Shown here: positions 34,624 through 40,726 of the stretch, piece by piece | Position numbering within the stretch: position 1 is the first letter of the stretch | Layout of the letters: every line of letters begins with the position of its first letter | Assembly: GCA_033762295.1 (NCBI GenBank) | Contig: JANRLW010000001.1 | Span: 1-40,726 of the forward strand | DNA length: 40,726 nucleotides | Direction: 5' to 3' | Origin: Capsulimonadales bacterium | Lineage (GTDB): Bacteria; Armatimonadota; Armatimonadia; Armatimonadales; Armatimonadaceae | The notes under the pieces: model-generated | Databases searched by the model: none | The model's input: only the letters and a program-made list of their open reading frames with translations | What the model was told of the DNA's origin: nothing | Position numbers and translations under genes: made by a program

Positions 34624-34762
34624 TCGGATACCTCCTTCATAACCGACTAATCGACAAAACTGAACTTTCTTATCGGACCGGAATCGTCCGACAAAGGCAA
34701 TGTATCGCGGTGCCGTGAACGGAACGTGAGAGTCGTCGGGGGAAAATCGTGAACGGAAAAAG

Positions 34763-37700
34763 TTACGGCGTGTCCGCCGAAAACGTCGCGGGTTCGAGGG
34801 TAAATCCGAGGGCAAAAGCGCAAGCCTGTTCGAGGGAAAGCGCCGAACCGTATGCCCGAAGTCGGGTAATCGTCGGTTCGTCGGGCGCGTCCCCGCTGCC
34901 GCTCCACTCCGCTTCGATCCGTTGCCGATGAACGGAAGGGGTCGGTATGCCGACCGAACGGCGGATCGCCTCCGCTGCCGCGAACAGAACGATCGCCCGA
35001 CTCCATCGCCGGGAACGCATTTCCAGTCGCGCCAATCCTTCGAGCGAAAGAGCGATATCCGCCTGATACCCCAGTTCCCGGAAACTTCGCAGTCCCTGTC
35101 GGAAGTGATCGGCCGCCCGGTCGCTTTCGCCCCGTTCCATGCACGTGTACCCGAGATTATGAAGGGCATGGGCGGTACCGTAGGTGTCCCCGATCTCACG
35201 GCAGTACCGCAGCGCCATTTCCATATGGTGGTGCGACGACACGATATCGCCGTGGTCGAACGCCGCGAACCCCAGGACCAGATGCGCCCGGCCGATCGCC
35301 CCGGTGTCTCCGAGGTAATGAAACAGGGTGACCGCTTCCTCGAGGAGCGGGACCGCCGTCTTCGCTTCACCCAGGCTCAGAAGCAGATTCCCCAGCGAAC
35401 GGGCCGCCCCGGCCTTGAGGTACCAGTCGCCTACCGCATCGAGGTGAAATATCGATTCCTCCAGCAGCCGACGCGCTTCGGCGGTCTCTCCGGTCGCGAC
35501 ACGCACCGCGCCCGCAGTGAACAGGCAGTGTCCCAGCATCCCGCGATCCGCCGTTCCCCGCGCCAATGCCACCGACTCCGCCAGCCATTCCCGGGCACGG
35601 TCGGTCTCGTTCGCATGGTGCGCCGCCATACCGAGCGTACTCAGACAGAAGGCGGTTCCTCTCCGGTCGCCCTGCCGACGACATAACGCCAATCCCTCCG
35701 TGCTCGCCGCAACCGCCTCGGCGCCCGCATGGATCCGCCAGGCAAGCCAACCGAGCGCGCGTAGCGCTCGGGCGCGAGCGGCGGATTGCGAATCGCGTGT
35801 CCGATCCAGGGCGCGTTTCAGCCAGTCCATCCCTTCCTGATAGAGCCCTCGGATCCGCCAGTAGCGCACCAGAGCCCCGGCACAGGCGACCGCTCCCTCC
35901 GGATCCCCGTGTTCACTGAGTCCGAACGCCAGCGCCGCACGAAAGTTGTCGTGTTCCCGGTCCGCGACCTGCATCCAAATCACCTGATCCGGTCCGCGGA
36001 GACGTTCGTAAAGCTCTTCGGCCAGGTCCCGATAGTAAAGGAAATGCCGCCGTGCCAATGCCTCCCGCTCCGGGTCCTCCGCCAGTTTCTCCCTGGCGAA
36101 CTCTCGCAATGTTTCCAGCATCCGGAAACGCAGGGATGGTTCCTCCACGCCGCCGAGAGCATCGACGATGGCGCCGAACGGGCGATCGTCGGGCGGGCCA
36201 TCATCGGAAACCATCAGTAGCGAACGCTCGCGTAATTCGGTCAGCGCGATCAGCGTCTCCGGTTGTGCGGTGATTCTTTCGGCGGCTTCCAGCGTCCATC
36301 CGCCGTGAAATACGGATAACCGGGGGAAAAAACGCTGCAGTTCGGGGGTTAGCAGATTCCAGCTCCACTCGAACGTGGCGCGGAGCGTCTCCTGCCGGGC
36401 CGGAGTCCCCTCTCTGCGTCCCCTGTCCGAAGTCCGCGGGCTTTGAAGTCGTTCCAGAATTGCGGCCGGTGCCAGTGTCCCGATCCGGGCGGCCGCCAGT
36501 TCGATCGCCAGCGGAATCCCCTCCAGACGCCGACACAGACCGACGACCGACGCCAGGTTTTCCGGGCCAAGCCGGAACTCGGGCCGCGCCATCCGGGCGC
36601 GAGCGATGAACAATTGTACGCTTGGGAACTCCTCGATCCGCTCAGGCGTGCCGGGATACTCCGGCACCGGCAGCGGAGGCACCACAAACTCACGTTCCGG
36701 TTCCAGCAGAAGGCGATGCCGTGACGTGACCAGCAGTGTCAGGCAGGAAAGATCCGCCAGCAAGGCGAGGAGACGATCCGGCATCGCCGGATCATCGACA
36801 ATCTGCTCGAAGTTATCGAGAATCAGAAGGATCGGTTCGTGAAGATGACCGAACGCGGACACCAGTTGCCGATGCGGCGAGATCCCGGCGGCTCCCGTCA
36901 TTCCCAGCGCATGAACGATCGCTTCCGGGACGGATTCGGCCTGCCGTACCTCCGCCAGCGGGACAAAACAGATCCCTCCGTGGAACAGGTCGGTCATCTG
37001 ACGCGCCGTTTCGATGGCCAGACGGGTCTTTCCCGTTCCGCCCGGACCGGTCAGGGTAACCAGGCGCGTCCCCCGGCTATCCAGGAGATCCATCAGCGCG
37101 GAGGTCTCGGATTCCCGCCCGACAAATATCGTCGATTCGGTCGGAAGGCGGAAGATTTGCGGGCCCGAGCGAGGCGTCGCCACCGCGACCCGGTCGGTCT
37201 TCGCGACGACTTCCCGAACCGGCGACGGAAGAATCTCAGACGGATCGTTCGAAATCCGTGCCAGTTCGTCGCGCTGTCGCTGCGCCGCCGTCCGGTCGCC
37301 GATCGCCATCAGGAGACGGATGACCTCGATATGGGCCTCCTGACGCAACGGATCGGCCGCGAGCGCTTTCCGGGCCCATGCCAGAGCCGTTAACAGGTCG
37401 CCGCCTTGCGTGGCCTTCCGGGTCAACTCCTTCAAGACGCCCAGATAAACCTCATTGAGTCGATCACGCTCGGTCATCGCCCAGGTTTCGGAGACCCCTT
37501 GCAGCAACGGTCCCGTATAAAGACCCGCCGCCACGACAAGCCAGTCTTTCCTCTCGTCGTCCGTTCGTTGCGGCAACGCGGCCTGGCGTAAAGCCGATTC
37601 GAAATCGACGACGTCCGTTGTTATCGCCGCCGGATTCAGGCCGACGCGGTCCCGGCGGTCAGCGATCCATGGAGACAGAGCCGGGTTATCCGGGTGGGCT

Positions 37701-37933
37701 AGCTGTCGCCGCAGAAAGGACAGGGCGGCCCGGAGGTTCGTGCGCCCCACCTCCGAATTCGCCTCCGGCCAGAAATGCCCGACCAGTTCCTCGCGATGGT
37801 GCGACCGATGCGAAAAAAGCGCAAGATAGGCGAGAAGCCGTCCGGCCTTTCGCCTTCCGAACCGAATCACGACGGCGTGATCCTGCTCCAGGCGTAATTC
37901 GCCGAAGAGGCACAGACGTCGTTTTGCGTTCAT
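34763..37933 (-). CDS. SARP/AfsR-type STAND regulator (wHTH, BTAD, NB-ARC ATPase, TPR)
   Basis: LLAYLAL..REEL...FWP, GLYTGPLL, LVTLTGPGGTGKTRLA, LILDNFEQ, CRRLEGIPLAIELAAA and TPR helices. Start at MNAK (37933) or MAS (37942). Confidence 0.9.
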   Translation of the reverse strand: MNAKRRLCLFGELRLEQDHAVVIRFGRRKAGRLLAYLALFSHRSHHREELVGHFWPEANSEVGRTNLRAALSFLRRQLAHPDNPALSPWIADRRDRVGLNPAAITTDVVDFESALRQAALPQRTDDERKDWLVVAAGLYTGPLLQGVSETWAMTERDRLNEVYLGVLKELTRKATQGGDLLTALAWARKALAADPLRQEAHIEVIRLLMAIGDRTAAQRQRDELARISNDPSEILPSPVREVVAKTDRVAVATPRSGPQIFRLPTESTIFVGRESETSALMDLLDSRGTRLVTLTGPGGTGKTRLAIETARQMTDLFHGGICFVPLAEVRQAESVPEAIVHALGMTGAAGISPHRQLVSAFGHLHEPILLILDNFEQIVDDPAMPDRLLALLADLSCLTLLVTSRHRLLLEPEREFVVPPLPVPEYPGTPERIEEFPSVQLFIARARMARPEFRLGPENLASVVGLCRRLEGIPLAIELAAARIGTLAPAAILERLQSPRTSDRGRREGTPARQETLRATFEWSWNLLTPELQRFFPRLSVFHGGWTLEAAERITAQPETLIALTELRERSLLMVSDDGPPDDRPFGAIVDALGGVEEPSLRFRMLETLREFAREKLAEDPEREALARRHFLYYRDLAEELYERLRGPDQVIWMQVADREHDNFRAALAFGLSEHGDPEGAVACAGALVRYWRIRGLYQEGMDWLKRALDRTRDSQSAARARALRALGWLAWRIHAGAEAVAASTEGLALCRRQGDRRGTAFCLSTLGMAAHHANETDRAREWLAESVALARGTADRGMLGHCLFTAGAVRVATGETAEARRLLEESIFHLDAVGDWYLKAGAARSLGNLLLSLGEAKTAVPLLEEAVTLFHYLGDTGAIGRAHLVLGFAAFDHGDIVSSHHHMEMALRYCREIGDTYGTAHALHNLGYTCMERGESDRAADHFRQGLRSFRELGYQADIALSLEGLARLEMRSRRWSRAIVLFAAAEAIRRSVGIPTPSVHRQRIEAEWSGSGDAPDEPTITRLRAYGSALSLEQACAFALGFTLEPATFSADTP

Positions 37934-37977
37934 CGACGCCATTCTACCGTTATCGACGCCCGCTTTTCATCCGCTTT

Positions 37978-38349
37978 TCAGCAGGGACGTTTCCGGCTAC
38001 GCTCCTGCAGAAACAGAAACAGCAGGCCGACGATCAGGGGCGGCAGCGCCATCGTCGCGATCAGGAATATCCGTGTGGGCAGCGGGTTGTGGAAGAAGGC
38101 GACGTGCAGGAATGTCAGCGCCGCCCCCTCAACGATCATCAGATAGGCCCCCGGACGCGGCCACCGCCAGGCGAAAAACCCGCTTCCCGCGAACAGCAGC
38201 GTGCCCAGCGCGGCGGCTGAAAGCCCCTGCCAGAGGGGTGCCGTGCTGCCGGGATCGTTCAGCGCCGAGGCGAGAACGAAAAAGGTCCACCAGCCGGACC
38301 ATGCGACCAGGAGGAACCGCGCAAAGACCGAAAGAAGTTGGGCAGACAT
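37978..38349 (-). CDS. Hypothetical four-TM membrane protein
   Basis: Four hydrophobic segments with AWRWP..G and PPLIVG motifs; RBS upstream of MSAQ. Confidence 0.75.
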   Translation of the reverse strand: MSAQLLSVFARFLLVAWSGWWTFFVLASALNDPGSTAPLWQGLSAAALGTLLFAGSGFFAWRWPRPGAYLMIVEGAALTFLHVAFFHNPLPTRIFLIATMALPPLIVGLLFLFLQERSRKRPC

Positions 38350-38450
38350 AAAGCATCGTTCCTTTCCTCTTCCGATTGTTTCGCACCCGAGGAGGGCCGG
38401 CATCCGACCAAAGCCCTATTTTTGCCTCTGCCCGGTCCTCCCCGGTTCCG

Positions 38451-38609
38451 GACCGACTCGGCCTTTCCGCCACCTACGCCCTGAACGAGCGTTACGCGCT
38501 GAATATCGGGTATCGTCGGATGCACGGTTCCAACGGCAAGGGCCGCGTCACACACAATCCGGCCTACGAGGGGCACGGGGTCCAGGTGCAGTTTCTGCTG
38601 GCCCGCTGA
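38451..38609 (+). pseudogene. Orphan 3' remnant of an outer-membrane beta-barrel-like gene
   Basis: DRLGLSATYALNERYALNIGYRRMHG...GHGVQVQFLLAR* shows amphipathic strands and genome-like codons but has no convincing start or signal peptide. Confidence 0.45.
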
Positions 38610-38617
38610 CAAAACGA

Positions 38618-38653
38618 GGCCCGACCCCCCGAATCGTTCGGGAGGGTCGGGCC
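38618..38653. terminator. Terminator hairpin
   Basis: GGCCCGACCC..CCGAA / TTCGG..GGGTCGGGCC stem, with a T-run on the minus strand. Confidence 0.7.
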
Positions 38654-38677
38654 GCAAAGACCGGTCGAGGCGCCGTA

Positions 38678-39439
38678 CTACGGGCCGATGGTGACTCCGC
38701 CCACGCAGATCCGGTCGGCCGCGCCGCCGTAGAATCCGACTTCGCCCGGATTGACCGCCTGCGGATTGATACCCAGGTTGTAGTAGATATAAGCGGCGGT
38801 ATGGTACTTGACGTGTCCGTCCACATAGGAAACCGTGGACCCGCCGGAGGACAGATCGTACCCGTCTCCGGAGCCGTGTCGCGGTCGGACGGTCTCGCAG
38901 GGAAGCGTATAGGGGCTGCCGGACGGCGTATTGGCCCAGGCCACCCGTCCGCGGCGTCGCGCCCGCGCGGTAAAGTCATCGAAGGTGCTGTCGGCCTGCA
39001 TGGCGGTCAGGGACGGCGACGGCACCGAAGCGAGCGTCACCACCGGGCTGCCCGCGTTGACCCAGAGGTAGGTATTCATTCCGTAACCGACCCAGCCAAA
39101 GGTGCCCATAAAGGCGTTCCGCTGCACTTCGGGGATCATTTCCGGGCAGCCGGCGATCTGCTGGTTTCTGACGTACGGCTGGATCGTCACCGCCCACGGC
39201 GCATTGCCGTCGCCGGCCGATCCGAAGCGGGGCGGGAAGGCTTCCTCGTAGTCCTGGCAGTACATCAGGGTTCCGAGGGCCAGCTGTTTGAGGTTCGAAA
39301 TACAGGTCGTCTTCCGTGCCTGGGCGCGGGCGCGAGCGAAAACCGGGAACAGGATAGCGGCGAGAATGGCGATAATCGCGATCACAACGAGCAGTTCGAT
39401 CAGCGTAAACGCGGACCGCGAACGAGTACCGTACGGCAT
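38678..39439 (-). CDS. Prepilin-type N-terminal cleavage/methylation protein (DUF1559)
   Basis: [31 protein letters not shown] and RH...YVDGHVK; GAGGTG RBS. Confidence 0.9.
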   Translation of the reverse strand: MPYGTRSRSAFTLIELLVVIAIIAILAAILFPVFARARAQARKTTCISNLKQLALGTLMYCQDYEEAFPPRFGSAGDGNAPWAVTIQPYVRNQQIAGCPEMIPEVQRNAFMGTFGWVGYGMNTYLWVNAGSPVVTLASVPSPSLTAMQADSTFDDFTARARRRGRVAWANTPSGSPYTLPCETVRPRHGSGDGYDLSSGGSTVSYVDGHVKYHTAAYIYYNLGINPQAVNPGEVGFYGGAADRICVGGVTIGP

Positions 39440-39562
39440 GGATAAGTCCACCTCTTCAATTCGTATCGCTTCGAAAAATATCACTTTCGGATATATCAAG
39501 GAAGCGCTTTCGCATTATATACCGGTTCACCGGGCCGTATGGTTAAGGGAATGTTAAATATG

Positions 39563-40306
39563 TCAGGACTCTTCGTTCTGAGAGGAAGTTCGCAAAAGCG
39601 AGCGACGAAGCTTTCCGAAGAGTCCGAGCAGGATGCCCATCTCGTGCCGGTCCATGTCGAGCCGGCGAAACAGGTTCCGAACCGTACCGGGGACCGGCCG
39701 GGGGGTTCCCTCGCGCACGAACCCGCTCAGACGCATCACCTCGTCCGTCAGTCGGTCCAGCTGCTCCCGGTCGTTCCCGGTCGGCAGGCGTTCCGGCGGC
39801 AGGGGTGGGACCGTCGCCGTCTCGCCCAGCGTCCTCCGGATTTCATACAGGACGATCAGGACCGCCTGCGCCAGATTGAACGAGGACATCTCCTCCGACG
39901 CCGGGATTTGAAGGATATACTGACAGCGATCCAGATGCTCCTGGCGCAGTCCGTTCCCTTCCGAACCGAAGACCAGCGCGGTGACGGGAAGCGGGCGTTC
40001 GGGCAGTTCCGCGCTCCATTGCGGCAGTGTCCGGAACCGGGCGGGGTTCTCGCCCGGTCGACCCGACAGGCCCACAATCGCCCCGGCGTCGGCCAGCGCA
40101 TCGGCCAGCGTCGGGTGGATTTCCAGCCGATCCAGCAGCGGTTCGGCATGGCAGGCGGTGACACGGGCGAGCGACCGATCGTACTTTGCCGGGGTGACGA
40201 GGCGCAAGTACGGGAACCCCAGATTCATCATGGCGCGGGCGACCGACCCGATGTTCAAACTGTTCTCCGGTTCGACCAGCACGACACGGAATCGTTCCCC
40301 GATCAT
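39563..40306 (-). CDS. trmJ: SpoU-family RNA 2'-O-methyltransferase (TrmJ/LasT type)
   Basis: VVLVEP...NIGSVARAM.NLG, ALVFGSEGNGL and SFNLAQAV. Confidence 0.82.
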   Translation of the reverse strand: MIGERFRVVLVEPENSLNIGSVARAMMNLGFPYLRLVTPAKYDRSLARVTACHAEPLLDRLEIHPTLADALADAGAIVGLSGRPGENPARFRTLPQWSAELPERPLPVTALVFGSEGNGLRQEHLDRCQYILQIPASEEMSSFNLAQAVLIVLYEIRRTLGETATVPPLPPERLPTGNDREQLDRLTDEVMRLSGFVREGTPRPVPGTVRNLFRRLDMDRHEMGILLGLFGKLRRSLLRTSSQNEES

Positions 40307-40726
40307 TCGCCGCCTTTGCCACCTTTGTCCGATTTGCCGGAATAGATTCCGCGCACGTACTCATTCATGACGATTCCCGCGCTGACGGCGACGTTGAACG
40401 AGCGCGTGACACCGAACATCGGGATATGCAGTATACGGTGGCAGCGGTCGAGCAGTCGTTCCGGCAGACCGTCATTCTCATGTCCGAAGCAGAAGAGCGT
40501 CTTTTTCTCGTAGTCGAACGATGCGTCCCAGATACTCGTCGAGCGTCCGGGGATATGGTCGCAGCCGATGACCTCGTCGTACTCCCCGAGCATATCCTCG
40601 ATCTGCTCGACGAACTTCAGATGGCGGATCACCGAATAGGCGTACGTGCCGAGGGCGGGGATACGGTTGTACCGTTTGTGTCCGTAGATAATGATATCGT
40701 TCCCCAGCAATCCGGCGTGTGTCCGG
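40303..40726 (-). CDS. SpoU/TrmH-family RNA methyltransferase, 5' end outside the window
   Basis: FCFGHENDGL and HIPMFGVTRSFNVAVSAGIVM; overlaps the next gene by 4 bp. Confidence 0.85.
   Translation of the reverse strand, partial: RTHAGLLGNDIIIYGHKRYNRIPALGTYAYSVIRHLKFVEQIEDMLGEYDEVIGCDHIPGRSTSIWDASFDYEKKTLFCFGHENDGLPERLLDRCHRILHIPMFGVTRSFNVAVSAGIVMNEYVRGIYSGKSDKGGKGGE

Noticed and set aside
34624..35370. N-terminal extension of the 564-aa ORF
   Set aside because: Out-of-frame overlap with the STAND gene; the real start with RBS and signal peptide is at 34623.
34763..37933. Avs-type antiphage STAND system
   Set aside because: The N-terminus is a SARP DNA-binding/BTAD module rather than a nuclease, TIR, SIR2 or protease effector, and there is no defence-island context.

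Overview
A gene-dense, GC-rich bacterial chromosomal window with about 40 CDS and no rRNA, tRNA, CRISPR array or transposase that I can see. Two PEP-CTERM proteins, three prepilin-type (DUF1559/H-X9-DG) proteins, a Bacillus-type three-subunit succinate dehydrogenase and an ARC/Mpa-type proteasomal ATPase together suggest Armatimonadota; this is inference only. Housekeeping genes include rho, hpt, sdhC/A/B, nth and two SpoU methyltransferases. Accessory genes encode a GH74-like glycanase, Mn catalase, an AhpD-like protein, an APH-like kinase, a LuxC-like reductase, a MerR/SDR pair, a SARP-STAND regulator and several secreted proteins. The best finding is a formylglycine-generating-enzyme-like (SUMF1/EgtB/PvdO) gene. 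Its apparent TGA stop (21009-21011, minus strand) is followed in frame by the family's terminal motif (RDTGFRCVK) and by a perfect 9-bp SECIS-like hairpin, making it a candidate selenoprotein placed directly upstream of endonuclease III. Other leads are an orphan ARC ATPase lacking the GQYL proteasome-docking tail, an HPRT with a rewritten phosphate-binding loop, low-complexity extensions on Rho and SdhA, a split sdh operon, and a Gre-factor C-terminal domain in reversed architecture. There are also tandem HtaA-like secreted paralogs behind an Rrf2/IscR-like operator and several apparently leaderless genes.
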